NCBI GenBank assembly: GCA_002633005.1
Contig: NMRA01000237.1
Coordinates: 576,559 to 620,224, forward strand
Origin: Phoronis australis
Taxonomy: Eukaryota; Animalia; Phoronida
Reading direction: 5' to 3'
Length of the DNA stretch: 43,666 nucleotides
A model generated the notes under the pieces. It did not search any database. It was not told the DNA's origin and saw nothing but the letters and a program-made list of their open reading frames with translations. The position numbers and the translations under genes are program-made. Of the stretch, positions 1 through 13,769 are shown piece by piece; the first letter of the stretch is position 1, and each line of letters starts with the position of its first letter.

Positions 1-1381
1 AACACAACCGAGGTAGAACAATGACTGACTCGTCAGCTCTCACAGTCAGACTATATGAAAAGAAATTGGCGCGAAATGCTTGCCTCCTAAAACGTCACTT
101 CCGGAGTAGCGGACGAGTAATTAATAAAATTACGAAAAGCTGTAATTAAGTGGAAAATATGTCTAGGATAACCAACCAACCTTATTTTAGCTCAAAATGA
201 CATGGAAAAAGGTTGCCTTCGCCTTTAACTCGCTATCCACGAGCCAATAATTCCCCAGAGCAAATCTAGTCATTTCACTTTCAAGTCTAACCAAACGCGA
301 CGGGGTCCAGTGATACACCAGAACACGTGTCCACAGCAGAAGTTGCTTGTCTTCACCGTGTTTTAATGCCTCATTGAAGCGACAGAGGTCCGTAGCCAGG
401 TAAGCTACATTCCTCTGTTCTCGATGCTTGAGATTTGATCACAAGTAAAGTGTACAGTGTGTGCTCACAGCCACAACTGAGCTCGCTTGTCTGTTTAAAC
501 ACTTAAGTAACACACACGTTGGACTGATATAATGGAAATTATTAAAACGTTCTCAATAAAGAAGGTATGAACGACCTGGAGTAAAAACGTGAATCTTGAT
601 CACCATCTTGAGGAAGTTTAATGATTTTATTTCCAAATTCACCTAGCAAATATTTGTAAATGCGTTGTCAACTTAACTGATGACATTGTCAGTATGGCAA
701 TACATGTCCGCTTACAGCCTAAAACGACATTCAAACATATGGTTCCAGTTTTCACCACCAAATAACACTCATGAATTCAGAAATTTGCCTTCATGGTTAA
801 ATTTGTGTTTTAATGTCAAGAAATAAAAAAACGCGTGCTTTTTATGATTTGATGGGAAGTATTATTTGAAGTGTCTCGCCTCCATGGAAAATCTTTTGAA
901 ATGATGTTCTATTCCTTGTCCAGTTGGCATAATTTTTCAAATTTAAAGTCAAAATTCAAGGAAATGTGCAAGTTTAAACATGGGGAATTTTATACAATCC
1001 AATGCTTTGTGATACCGGTCGATACGCGGAATAATGTCTCGTGGGATATTACTTCATCAACGCCACTCTCGGTACATTTTGTGTATATCTATCTATCTAA
1101 TTTCATTACTTATGCGACAATTGGAATCTATTTCACGTGACACAAAACAGTTTTACGAAATTTAATCCTGACCGCGATTTTACACGAGCGCAGCGATAAA
1201 ATATGAAAGCAAAAAGAGTTTTAACGTTAGCTTAATTTTTGTATTGGTAATTGTAGAATGGATGCCACTGGAATTATCATTCGTGTGTTTTTAATCAGTA
1301 ATATTTGGTTGATAAAAAATAAACACGCCCAAGGTTGAGGCATTACGCAGAATGCAGTAGGAAAGCGACGAACACCTCTTA

Positions 1382-1540
1382 CAGGGGCGGATCCAGGATT
1401 TTGAGTTAGTGGGGCAGGTTAGAGTATTAGCCAGGATTTTGCCCGTCAGACATTCACACCCCCGAACTGCCAAATGGAATATGGGAGAATTTTAGGGGGG
1501 CCATGGCCCCTTTGTCCCTTCCCCCTCAATCCGCTACTTG
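1382..1540. mobile_element. hAT-type MITE with imperfect 5-bp TSD
   Basis: Termini CAGGGGCGGAT...ATCCGCTACTTG with G/C-run subterminal tracts; flanks TCTTA / TCTCA. Confidence 0.65.
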
Positions 1541-1780
1541 TCTCATTTGACGGCAAAGGTAAATATCACAGCGAGATAACATACTAATTATCCAGTCACC
1601 AAGTGGCGAGAATGTCTCGTCCACGAGTCAGCTCACCTGGAACAGGCCATACAACATGCCGCGAAAATCGACATTTCGTGACATTGAATCCGCTCAAAAA
1701 TACTTCGACAAAGATACAATTTACGACACAGGGAAATAGAACAAGTTATCGAAAGCATGAATGGTGGCTTGGCAATGGTT

Positions 1781-1839
1781 TTAATGCCAGAAAATACAAG
1801 ATGATGTCATGTACCAGTTACATGTGGAGATAATCTGAC
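1781..1839 (-). CDS. Candidate terminal coding exon of the kringle gene
   Basis: Acceptor ttttatatcag|GT completes the split codon T|GT (Cys) and gives CQIISTCNWYMTSSCIFWH*. This is a plausible end of the PAN module, but the exon is short and 8 kb away. Confidence 0.35.
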
Positions 1840-3794
1840 CTGATATAAAAACGATATTGAACTAGTGTGGGCTTACGAAGTGAAGGAACCATTGTTTACT
1901 GCAGACAATGACGTCAGTGTCACTAATGAACTACATTAATGAGCCAAGAAATTATGGTGGCGCTCAACAGTTTTTGAAGATTTTGGGCTTCAAAAACCAG
2001 GTCCGGTCAGCCCTAACATTCTGTCTCCACAGGGTGTAAAAACCTGAAAACATGATCAGTATACTGGGCCAAAGACTTCAAAAACCTGGCATTTTCCATC
2101 TGTTACGACTATCGGAAATGCACCCGACTACTTGAAGAAAACAAGCAAAAATACACAGAAACCGCTTTTTTCACCCCAAAGCCACCATTTGCATGCTGTT
2201 AATACGAACTGAGAAACAGTGCATTCAGCTGCCGAAACTCTCCAAAAACAGATTAAAAAATCAAGGAAATGCCATTCATAGCCTTCACATGCGACATGGA
2301 GCTTAAAATGCCCAGCCAACCCGACAAGCGCCAATTTTTAATGAAACTGGGACATGCAAATTCAATCGTGGCTCAAAAACTATAAAGTGTCACCTACGGA
2401 TAATGTAGAAATGCAAGAGACCGATGCGCCATCTATCGAGAAATGCCTTGCGTTTTGCGTCTGCTGGAACAACAAGAAGATACTAAATCTATACAGTCCA
2501 CAAGTTCGTGTTTTGAAAAGCTTAAAAGGGTACTCAACCCTGTTTTGACAATTTCAACCAATCCTCATTCTGTTACCTACTAATTTATCATTAGCGTCAA
2601 TCGTAAAAGATAAAAGCAGGAATCAACTAAAAACTCATACTCACAATTTGGATATTACGGTCCTTGGTGGGTGGTTTTTTCCCATAGTTGTCATGTAATT
2701 CACTGGAAGCGTAGGTCCCGCTTGTCCTTTTAGCAGACTTTGAAAGGAGTTTTCAAATTACCCTCCGAACTTTTGAGGGTTGTAAAATTTTACTGAGTAT
2801 AATTTTGTTCCAGAGAATTAGATGCGAAAGTCGTTTTTAGTATGTGTTACTAGGCCATAACCGGATGTGGCATCCCTTTAAAACAACAAGGGGTCTAACA
2901 AAACAAAACGAAACAAATCAAAACGATCCTCTATACTTTTCAAGTTCTGTTCCCGTACCAAAATTTTACGTTAAACGTCCAAATCTTGCCAAGCGCACGG
3001 ACGACCACATATTGATAGTCTCGAACCTAGGCTATGTTGGTATATATATATATATGAATATGGTGTACATCTCGAAAACGAAGCCATTTGGGCAGATGTA
3101 TGACCATGGTAAGCTAGCTTCCATTTGATTTGTATACGTATTTCAAATTGTCTTTTTTCTCTCAGTTTCAGGACTTTTTAGGCAAATATTTATTCAACTG
3201 ACTATATGTAAATGTAATGCAAGGAAGTCCAGTCAACAACTAGTGTTCCCATTGTTTTTTGCAAGTGAATGTTTGGATAGTCAATAAGGCCCAAGGCAGT
3301 AGTAATTAAAATAACCGGGAAGTTTTATTTTACCGCGAATTATTTATCTGTAATCAGTTTTCATTTTTTTTGTTCAAATACTTCCGTGTTTTCTGTTCGT
3401 AAAATGTATCGTTTCTCGTATTGACTTGCCGCCCATTTCGCATAATAGAGCCGTAATTAATACTTTTCAGTGCTTCTTTATTCAACACTGATGTATACTT
3501 GACTTGTTGCCACCGACTTAGAACGCTGATCGTCATTCTCCAATTAAAAAAGCTACTTAAGTATAAATATTTTATAAATTAGACACCTGCATGTATGTGG
3601 AGTGGGTTACGTTGTTGTATAGTCGTCAACGACATATTTGAAAACATACACACACCACAGTTCAGGTGTAAACGAACACTTACATCTGTGGCATGCAGAC
3701 ATTTCGACATAAAAATCATTGTTAGCCGATTTTCTTATTGTAGTTAATTAATACCTTAACAGTACCCTACAAAGTACACCATATTAGCATGCAC

Positions 3795-4024
3795 GCATTT
3801 CCGCTGCCGGTTCTAGGATTTGGCGCGGGAGTTCGGCCAGAACGAAGAACATACATTCGCGGTAGCCTAGTTGAAATGGTGCTGACGTAATTGAATATTT
3901 TGTACGAGTGCACGGGCAAATGACGTTTACGACTGACTGAAAACTTGTCTCAGTTCAAAAGTACGTTGACTGTACCAGATCCCTCATGGATCACGTGCAC
4001 TCCTGATGGGTTATGGAAGCAAAG
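3795..4024 (+). pseudogene. Degenerate sushi/CCP domain exon
   Basis: AFPLPVLGFGAGVRPERRTYIRGSLVE, then a frameshift, then YECTGK*RLRLTENLSQFKSTLTVPDPSWITCTPDGLWKQ|gt. Contains the Y-x-x-G-S-x-V, Y-x-C and ITCxxDGxW sushi motifs, with stops. Confidence 0.5.
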
Positions 4025-5309
4025 GTAGAAAGTGAATTTTAAGGAAACTTGTTGATTTTAACCAATTAGAAAAAAATGACATAACAGGCGACAATAAAGC
4101 ATGAGCACGGTCTTCTGTTTCTCTCAATTCCCGCATAGGTTGACAGTAATAATCGTGAAATTATGAAAGCGTATTTGGCCAATACGAAAGCTAGTTATGC
4201 ATAATTATGCCGCCGAGTGGACGAGAGAGACATTCGACTGAGTCACAGCGTAGGACTCAATTGATTAATTAGCTGTGCTTCGCCACGCAATTAGGATTTG
4301 GGCTTTTGTTGAATTGTCACAAAATAAACACAAACTTTAAAAATGTGATTGATGTAACGAGGTTGACGAGAGAACACGTTCCAGGAAAGGAATAAGATGG
4401 AAAATGAGATTCACGAAATGGTGGTTTAAGGAGTTGCTCAGTGTTCCCGAAATGTGGCTTGAGGCCGAAACGTTAAATTAGCATTCTTTTCCATTTGCTA
4501 CTTAAGAATGATTCCATATAAAAACCACATGAAAATGAAAAACCACTATATACTCAAAAATTCATACAGAGCTAATACTTTGTGCATGTGTTGGAATGCT
4601 GGTCCAAAGTACACTGCTGCAATATTTGCACTCAATGACCTTTGGTTACCGAGATATTACCTGTTTGGTTATAAAGGCATATTTTGCATTTTTTCATGTC
4701 AGTAAAACTGCATTTTTTGAACGGCAAAAAATCAGACTTGGAAAACTGGTGACAAAGTTTGACATTGATGGTCTTAAAGACTCATGTAAGGTTAGTAAGA
4801 AAATGAAATTTGCAACTCATAGGTACAATTAAATTTCCAGCAGGGGAGAAAACTCCGAGACCACTTTTCAGGCCAGTCACAGTGGCAAGGTGTTGCTTAA
4901 CCTGCCTGCTATATCGGAATATATTTGAAGTTGAAATTCTCTGTGTAGACATTTCTAAGATTGAACTTTGATAATTGCTTTTTAAAAAACTTGTCTCTTA
5001 TATATTTAGTGCTAAACGTGGCCCTTGAATTTGGGCATTTTTGTGATGTGGCCTTACTCTGACTGAAAAGAGAATTGAGGGTACTCTTTTAGTTTAGAGA
5101 TATCACCTAAAATATAGGATCTAATATCAACAATGCAATATCACAAAAATTTAAATTTCACTTTTGAGACCCCAATTTTCTAAAACACTCCATGCTTTGT
5201 TTAACTTTACCAATAGCACTTTAGGGTTCGAGATTACATGCACTTCCTATCACTGCAAAGAATATAGAGGAATTTCCTTCTTGTACATTTGGACAATTTT
5301 CGTTACATA

Positions 5310-7290
5310 AGAGTAATCGCGGAGGAAATGTGGCCTTCATTAGCTGTGTTAAAGACGTCAGAAGTCATCTGAAGTCGTGCAAAGTGCCACAGAAGTTTGC
5401 AAGTATATCGGAATTGCAGCTGATTCTTGCCAGAGCTGGAGATAGGAGGTTGGACTGGCAAACCAATGGAAATGCGCCGTGATATATTTTACACATCGAC
5501 ATAAGTTTGGACTTCGGGCTTTAGACAAAAATTGACGTGCTGTTATCCAGAACACACAGCATTTTGTCAGAGGGATAAACCAGGAACAAGCAAAACAGGA
5601 TCTGATGTCATCTCTCACCCCACACCAAGTTTTGGTTATAATCGATTTTGCAATGAAGTTCATACCCATCAGTTTCCGTGAGGCACAGCCCGACTGCTTT
5701 GGAAAAAAAGGATCTCATGGCACGTGGCGGCTTGTATCACAAAGAAAGGTGAAAGTCACCAGGTAAAAATACATCCTCAATTAGTATTCAAGGTGTTACA
5801 AAGTAATTCTCAGATGTGCTCAATATTAAACAGAAAGCCAGTGATGAACAATGTTGTTGCCTTTACCTCTTTTTAGTTTATTGATTTACTGTAACAGTAC
5901 AAGATACAGCGAATGTGCACTAAGTCATTATCTTGCCATTTCCCAACAAAAGCTTGACAGTGATGTCTCTTAGTAGATTTTGCACACAAAGCTTCATTTT
6001 AACTGAAGCCATTTTGTACCTATGGATGATTTTCATATCTTTGTGAAGGGGAAATTTCCCCCTCCCTAGAAATGTTTTGAAGGAGCTACTGATATAATAA
6101 ACGTGTTGAGACGAACCATGTTTGAAGTTGAGTGGTGTGATTGCGGTTTAGGTGGTAATAAGATGTAATAAGGTAATTCTTTAAACTAGCTGACCTATTT
6201 GAGTTACATAATTGTTGTATTTCAGGTACATACTTACATCCATACTCTAGATGCCTGCAAGCAAGACTTTTTCACTGTTTGCTGTTTAACGCTAGATGTA
6301 CTAAGGCAGGTAAAACCTAGGGATTAACAAATAACGGAAGCTCCGACAATGCCAATTGTTACCATTCAGCCGCCCTTCTGATTCATTTGTTCTACATTTA
6401 TCTGGTAACACCGGCATCTCCATTCTGCGCTATGACTTCAGTGAAAGTCAGAAGGGAAAAGACATCTGTTACAGGAAAATCGCACCCTTGAAGTCCCATG
6501 CCAAGTACTTCGTCAATGAAGGCAACAAAATGCAGTCGACCTGAAACATGCGCTAGAGGCTAGAGGAGGTGTCAAAGGCTGTTATGTGTCGGCCTGTAGT
6601 GTGAATGCCCCAAAGGTCCTTCCCAAGCACAGTATCCCAGGGATAAGTTTGCTGACAAACTTTGAGTATTCCGCCGATGGCATTCTAGCATGGAAGGCCT
6701 ATAGAGTAGGGGAGGGAAAACTTGCCATCAACAAATCATGTAAACTGTTGCCTCTGAAAAGTCTTGACCTTGCAACACTCGAGTGTTTTACAACTCCAAG
6801 GGTTGAGTCGTTGCTGGTATCCCGTGAACGTCATACGAAGTTCACATGAACTCACTCTGGGTGCTCGAAATATCTGATGTTATCTACTACCACAGCTGTA
6901 TCATCCCCTGAGTTGTATGCCGTTTACGTTGTTGATCAAGTCGCCGCAGGATTGGGCTCTGAAAAGTTTTAGAAAAGCGGTCAGCTTTTCTGAGAAGGTA
7001 AAGACTTAACCCAATGATATATTTCCTGAAGGTGAACAGTCAGGCAGAAAACAGCAGCCAGCTGAGGTTGTAAAGATGATGCGAGAAGCCAGGAATAAGC
7101 AAGGAAAATTGTTCTCCTCTGAAGAGTGACTGTCGGAGCAGCAGATTGCTGGATTTTCCTCCCGTATGGTTGCCGCGTCTCGAATCCGAAATATTCAGAA
7201 TATTGAAGATGCTGATGCTGCTGCTGCACAGGAGTTTGCCTCAAAGAATGACTTGGAGCTTGAAGTCATGAATGAGTTATCATAAACTAT
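5310..7290 (+). mobile_element. Decayed, internally deleted Sola-type (Sola3-like) transposase
   Basis: Motifs in order: SELQLILARAG; HFVRGINQEQAK...DFAMKFIPISFREAQPDCFGKKG-SWHV; a GT-AG intron at 5763-6225; SDNANCYHS; RYDFSESQKGKDICYR; WALKSFRK...GEQSGRK. Many stops and frameshifts. TIRs not found; the subfamily name is from recalled motifs. Confidence 0.7.
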
Positions 7291-10191
7291 AGGAAATTAT
7301 GAACATGTTTTAGTTGTTGTCTATTCTTATGATATTGTTGTGGTCATCATTATCGTAGCTAGGGGACTGGGGTCCACCCTGGGCGAAACTGGGAAACGTG
7401 GAAGATGACGCAAATTCGGGGCTTCCATGGGGGAGAGATTTGAGTGGTGGCCGTTTGGGGAAAATAATCCAAGCCACTGATGGTCAACATTGAAATCTTC
7501 TGTCACTTTTTACTTGTTTTTTGTTTTATGTTCAGTTTGAGACTCGTAAAGCATACTTTTTACATGATTGATTCTATTGAAACTACTGAGATTTTTATAG
7601 GAGTGATTATCTAGTTTTGAGAAACGTCTATCTTAGACATGTGTACTGAGCAAAATAAAAGGACTTAGTGTTTCAGTAGCTCTTGTTTTCTTCAAACAAA
7701 ATGCAGCTTTTTGAAGTGTTGTGTAGAAATGCATCATACACTAAACCTAGCATACCTTCAAGAAACTGTGGTTTTGAGTCCGCAGCATGAACGGAATTTA
7801 CATATTGCGAAACTTTTAGCTGGTAAGTCGCAACAACACCCAATTGCTTAAATACTGGTTTGGAAAGCCGGTATCTTGGATATCACTGACAGTATTATGT
7901 TTTCAATCGTAAATATCCGTACCTGTTATTTTTCTGAAATTGCTAATTCCATTGGCGCACTGCCACCATGCTCGGCCGCATTTGTGTAGTACAAGAAGCA
8001 TTGCGTGACACTTTGTATGTCCAATAACACGACACTTCTGCTCGTATCCACCGTCCTCTTTTCACTTGTGATCTCGAAGATCTTGATTAGTTTTAGTATG
8101 AACTTTGCTAATAGTTTGAGAGGACTTTTTCAAGCGCATATACAGGGATTTTTTCAGGAGGTCTGAAAATGGACCAGCATGCACTGCAGGCAATGCATGG
8201 GATTCTTAGTGTTTGAAAACTGACCAAGCAATGGGTAATGGGCACCCTTAATAAGAATAAAACCTGCTTCTCTGAAGTACGAGGTGGTGATGGGTTTGTA
8301 TTATTAACTCATACGTACATTAAACTTGACTTCTTTGATTTCTGTAATCCTTTAACAAATTTTTCTTTTTGCACCAATAAAACTGAAAATCCGCGAAGAA
8401 AAAATCTCTCATACAGCTTTCAATGATCTCCTTCGCCACTGATGTAGCAAAACGAATGATATTTGTTCTATTTGGCATCTTGGTCGATAGATAATTGCAC
8501 AATCGAGTATCGCCTCCTAGAGTCTTTTAATCAAACTGACAGCCACAGATTGCCAGAAAACTGTGTGAGTTATGTAAAAAACTGACTGCACAAAAACTAT
8601 GAAAGAAACAAGATCTTTTATTTTTGCGTTGAGCTGAACAAAGACAGCAGTAACAGAATCCGATATAGATTTGGGAGAGTGATGAAAATGCGTAAAATGG
8701 CCTTAATAGTAAGTAGTGATAATGACATTTTTGTAGGCTAAAATGGGAGGACATAAAAATCAACAAATCCATCCGAACTAGTTTTTCTTGTATGTTATTC
8801 TTTCTTCTTTCTGCTATATAGTTATTTTTTCAATAGCGTGAAGCGATGATGTGCTGTTGCTGACAAAAGGTCACCTACTTCCAAGTACTATTATTTGCTA
8901 TTTTTCAGAAAAAGTACAAAGTGGTCGTAAAAGGGGGTTAAAAAAACTCGGAAACTTAAAAATTCAGGCTCAGGTTTCTTTTGACAAGGCCAGCTAATGT
9001 ACTAAGTTTAAAAAAAAAATGGTGATTTTGCATATATAGCCCATCTGGTTTTTATATGGAATTGCTCTTAACATAGAAATTGCAAAATGTACTTCATTCA
9101 GTTGGAATGCCTTCTTCTGTTTCAGTTGTTCAGGAAAATAAAACCACACTGAGCTATTAGCCCCAGCAGGCTGTCTTAAATTTACGGTTGCATGGTGGGT
9201 AAGGAAAAATAAAAAACGCTTCAGAAAAACATTGAGCTGTCCAGTCCTACAAAAGCTGGATCGCTGGAATTTATTAAACGAAGCAAATGTCATTAGATAG
9301 GCACTTGATTAGGATAACATCAGTTTCCTTCCATATTGCAATGGAAAATCGAAGAAAAGGCTCCCTAATCAAAAACTTCATAGTGATTCGTTATATTTCT
9401 GAAAGTAAGATCAGAAGTGATAAAGCACACACTTTTCTCAAAGGACAATCAAGTTGAAACTGAGTGAGAACTGATTTTCTACCACAGATGTTGGTTGAAT
9501 GAAGATAATTGCTGATTCAGCGATGTGTAAAAAAGCTCTGCCTTCCTAAATGACAATAGACTCTTTTCTATGCATCTTGTCTTTGTTACACTCTTTTGTT
9601 ATTACCCTGATAGAGTTCGCTGCATGCTTGTTAGGTTGGCAATGCCTATACATACTGGATTTGTCACTTGAATGGTGCTCGGCAAACCACGCTCCCAACT
9701 TTAGCCTGTGTAAAATCACTGCAGTTTTCAAAATCACTTCCATAAACAACATTTACTTTTGCACAATAATGACATGGGAGATTTCAAATGTCGAAGAACG
9801 CTTGTCAGTTTACTGACAGGATTCAAAAGAACCACGAATCTACTTTTATGATTAATTTCATTTACTAGTGGGAATATCTAACGTTTCTAAACGCTAAAAA
9901 TGTCAAAAACTTAATTGTTTTGAATGAGAAATCACGAATTGTCAGCTCTTTGCAAGACAAAAATCAATTCTTATTTGAAGACCAATTTTTCAGCAGTAAG
10001 TGTGCTAAATCGAAAGCTAAGTTTCTTCTACGGAACGTGGGTTGTTAATCGCTTTAAGAATTGTTTTTGGACGCGTTTTGCCGAAATCAGTCACTTTAAC
10101 ATTTTTCTTGATAAAACAATACCCAAAACAATTTCAGTGATTAAAATCTAGCAAATCTCTAACAGCTTTAGTCACATATTTAAGGACTTAC

Positions 10192-10533
10192 ATTTTTGAT
10201 CGGATTCCGAATGGACAGAAATATTGCAGCAAGGATTAGCTTGACAATCTAACATGCATCCAAGGTAATTTAACGAATAAGTCGAACCTATTACAACTGC
10301 GTGCTGTGGTAAAGCGCTGATGACTCTGAACCAACCGTTCCGATCTTTAGCAAGCTTCCTTGTTTGTGTGGAGTTCAGACGCTCGGTAATGTTCTCAGTC
10401 TGGGTGATGTTCATGCAATACGCGGTTAAATGGGACTGAGAAGTTGTTATTTCCATAAGAGTAGTCGTCGTTTCCGGTTGAGAAGTTGTTGTTGCCGAAG
10501 AAGTCGTCGTTTCCGGTTCAGAAGATGTCGTTT
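10192..10533 (-). CDS. Exon 4, Ser/Thr-rich mucin-like stalk plus PAN/apple-like Cys module
   Basis: Acceptor ctgtag| and donor T|gtaagt; 342 bp, phase 1-1. ETTSSEPETTTSSATTTSQPETTT repeats, N-glycosylation sequons (NIT, NIT, NST, NIS), then GCMLDCQANPCCNISVHSESDQK(C) with PAN-like Cys spacing. Confidence 0.8.
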
Positions 10534-10943
10534 CTACAGTAAATTCACCAATAAAGGGTTTGAGTTCAGTAATTTCAAGCAAAAATCGATAGTGAATGTT
10601 GAACTTGCTCTTTTGGTGAAATATAACGTCATAACTTCTGTCTTGTTAGACCTACTCACTCATCAAGAATACTTCAGCACTCGTTTTAAAAGTTTCAAAT
10701 GTGAAAAATACACACGACGTAACAGCAGAAAAAGAATATATTAACATAAGATGAGGGTCTTGATCAATAAGGGAATGATAACGGTGTGTGAAAAATACAG
10801 AAAATTATAAAAATGATCAACCCAAGGTTCTTCAAAGGTAAGAGAAAGTATTATCAATCTCTGGCACTACTTTTGAGCTTTAGAGACAATTGGATGTGCT
10901 AGAAATTTCTCGTTTAAAGTAGAACATGTCTGTAAACATCCAG

Positions 10944-11344
10944 GGCCCGGTCTCTAATCTTTGTACTCGAAACGAACTCGAAACTATTTTTGGCAATTTC
11001 TCTGCTCCTTTTGTGCGAACTTAAGATAATTGGTTATCAGACTGTGTTCGAATACATTATAGTTTATGCATAGGAGTTTCTAGTTCAAGTTTGCCCTTGA
11101 AGACCCTTATATTCGTGTTACAAACTCCAGTAAAAACTCGAAGTTTCGAGTTCAAACTCGAACTTATTGCTTTAATATTGGGTTTACAAACTGTGAACTA
11201 AGGGCAATAAATTATCTACGTAAGTTATTGTGTACTCGAGCATAGAATAATAGACACTTATCTTGAGTTTGCCCAAATGTAGAGTAGAAAATGCCAAACC
11301 TAATTTCGAGTTTCATTTCGAGTAAAAAGATTGGAGACCGGGCC
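10944..11344 (+). mobile_element. PIF/Harbinger-type MITE, copy 1 (401 bp)
   Basis: ~40-bp imperfect TIRs GGCCCGGTCTCYAATCTTT..; 3-bp TSD CAG/CAG; repeated internal AACTCGAA motif. Confidence 0.9.
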
Positions 11345-12685
11345 CAGAAGTCAAATATATTTGTTTCTAAAAAGGTGAAAATTTGAAATGAACAAAAATG
11401 GTATTACAGAAGTGTCGAGTTGAACAATTGCAGTTACTATAAATATTTAGGGATTGTATTTTCTAGTAGATTAAGTTGGACAACGTGTTTCAGGACACCC
11501 GCACAAAAGACAAGCAAAGCAATGATAAATTAAGCGAATGCCACCCAAAAAACAACTTATTTTGTATCGATTTGGATCGAGTAGTTACACTCGATACCAG
11601 CAAGTTCAGTTGTTTTACCTGACACCTGACGGCAGACGGAGGTGTTGAAATGAAGGAGTGACGTAATCGGTTCGAACGCAGTCTGTTCAGCCGTTCACAG
11701 CACGCTTACTGGTGTCAACATATCGCTTGAACGCATCGTTTTACACCAAGAAATCATCAAATTTAGACGTAAAACCCTTACAAATACATCGAGTTCTTGA
11801 ACAGATGTGTTGTTTTATTTCACTGTTACGGATGTATAGGTAGCCTACAGAGTTCGGTCAAAGAGTCACTTAGGTTCGGTAGGCCAATTTATCATGGTCG
11901 ATCGCGGAAGTTTGGGTCTGTTTGGTGATAAATTCGAATCATTCTTCCGTGAAATATAGACATGAAAAATAACTAAGTGTTGTACTTTTAGACTTGCGAT
12001 TTTTTACAGTTCTAAACACACAAAACGCTTGTTATCCCAACCAATGCCTCGGAACCCGATCAGGCCGTCGCGGCCGCCGGGACTGGATATCACCAGTATA
12101 AACCACCAGTCACGAATAGACTATACTAGTGAGCCAAGGAAATAATGTGCACGTAATTATTTTGGTGAATTAGCCACGAAACTGTAAATCTACTTACTTG
12201 TCAGGGGTCGCGAAGTCACGTTGCCCTTTTACAGAACCGCCAAATCAAAACTTGTGTAGTAACAATGATGTGAATATTGTATTTATATATCTAAATAAAG
12301 ATTCCCCTATTAACATGTGACAATAGCATGTAAAATCGAGTTATTGTTTCACAACAGCTTTCTTTCAGCACTGAAGGCACTCTCATACGGCCTCCATACC
12401 CGGTCAATTACCTTTATTACATCATTACTGGCTTCTCAAAACATCTGCATTTACGAATACTCCAAAGGCATTGCAAATTGTATTTAATGAGACAGGTTTT
12501 GTTTCAGTTTTATATTAGCATTGGTTAGGGTGAGAGTAATTCATTTTGAAACAGAGCGCAGAAAGGTAAACGTCAACATCGCAACTCGTAATCCCGACTT
12601 AGCCGAGTGCTCTTCGACGAACAGTTCGCACGTGGATCCTCAAGTTTCACAGGCTATCAGTTCGAACCGGAATACAGTGACCAAG

Positions 12686-13627
12686 AATGGCGGATCTAGG
12701 ATATCACAAGGGGGACCCAACATTTTGTCTGTAAACGTTTGCGCAGAGCACGATTGTAGATGCACATAGCACCGAATGGGTGAGGCTCAGGAATTTTTTC
12801 TGTTTTTCTTTTAAAAATCAAGCATTTTCCTTTATTCCTGAAGTATTATCCAAGAAAAAAAGACAAAAAGAACAGTGAGATTGTGTCAAACAGGAAAAAC
12901 TGTAAATACTACAGACTCGAACTCACGACCTGGCGGATAGAGCGCGCGTGCTTTACCACTGCACCACCACGATTTAAAAGCTCATTACTTTCAAAGGGAC
13001 CAACTTGTTTATGGTCCACAGCGTTTGCGCGCGAAACCTACTTCTTTTTGTAATGCTTATTACACGTTTTATATTTTGTGCAATCAGTTCGCAACAAAAT
13101 TGTTGTATTTAAAATAGTCTTCAATTGCCCAAAAGACCAAATCCGTTTTTTTGTGTTGGCAATAATGACGCGATTGCTTTGGAAATCGTCTTAAGTTAAG
13201 GTTTGACAAAGAGAGAATTATGAGTTTCTGAGTGATTTACTAAGGCTTCGATGCAAATTCACATCTTACCAGCAGCTTCTGTTTTTTTCACGTCACTCAG
13301 ATTCCATTTTCTTTAATTTTCTTCATTGCACAGTGGAGCAGACGACGGAAACGGAGTCGTAGTGTGCAGCGCCACTGCCGGTAGCTTGGGATATCGCGGG
13401 AGAGCCTATACTTAGCCGTAGTTCAGTTACGATTGCGCCGTGTTCCGGATTTGACACTTGAAATTGGAGCTGAGCCCCCCTAAAACTGCACACATTTACA
13501 TCTTGTTTCAGCTATATAATTTTAATTACCGGGGTTAATTAATAAACTCGACCTTTCCCTACGCTCTTGCTGTTTTTTTTGCGGCAGCCAAGGGGGGGGG
13601 GGCTGGGCCCCCCTAAATCCGTCTATG
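12686..13627. mobile_element. Possible old non-autonomous hAT-type element
   Basis: Left AATGGCGGATCTAGG and right CCTAAATCCGTCTATG resemble the GGCGGATCTAG terminal family seen elsewhere in the window; no clean TSD. Confidence 0.35.
12911..12970 (-). mobile_element. tRNA-derived SINE head or tRNA pseudogene fragment
   Basis: Minus strand has A-box TGGTGCAGTGG and B-box GTTCGAGTC at tRNA-like spacing; no complete cloverleaf. Confidence 0.6.
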
Positions 13628-13769
13628 TCAAGAAATACTAGAGAGGGGCCCTGAACATGCACAAGCAATAGAATGTATGGATAGTTCTTTGGTAAGCCGG
13701 CAGTCGTCGACAGTGAGTCCGGAGATACGGAGATGTTTCACGGCCTCATACATATAAACAGCGTACTTT

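Larger units (their letters stand above)
187..1839 (-). pseudogene. Possible decayed two-exon PAN-like coding segment (1637-1839 and 187-490)
   Basis: Donor CCAG|gtgag at 1637 and acceptor aaacag| at 490 join in phase 2 to give SIFAACCMACSRQASSVVAVSTHCTLYL. Each exon has one in-frame TGA (1807-1809, 439-441). Confidence 0.3.

Noticed and set aside
187-1839. Selenoprotein or alternative genetic code explaining the TGAs
   Set aside because: No SECIS was recognised and the hAT ORF ends normally in TGA; decay or chance is simpler.
2522-2881. Kolobok-type MITE (TTAA AAGGG...CCCT TTAA)
   Set aside because: The inverted match is only about 4 bp beyond TTAA.
12911-12970. Functional tRNA gene
   Set aside because: A and B boxes are present but acceptor and anticodon stems do not form; a SINE-like remnant fits better.
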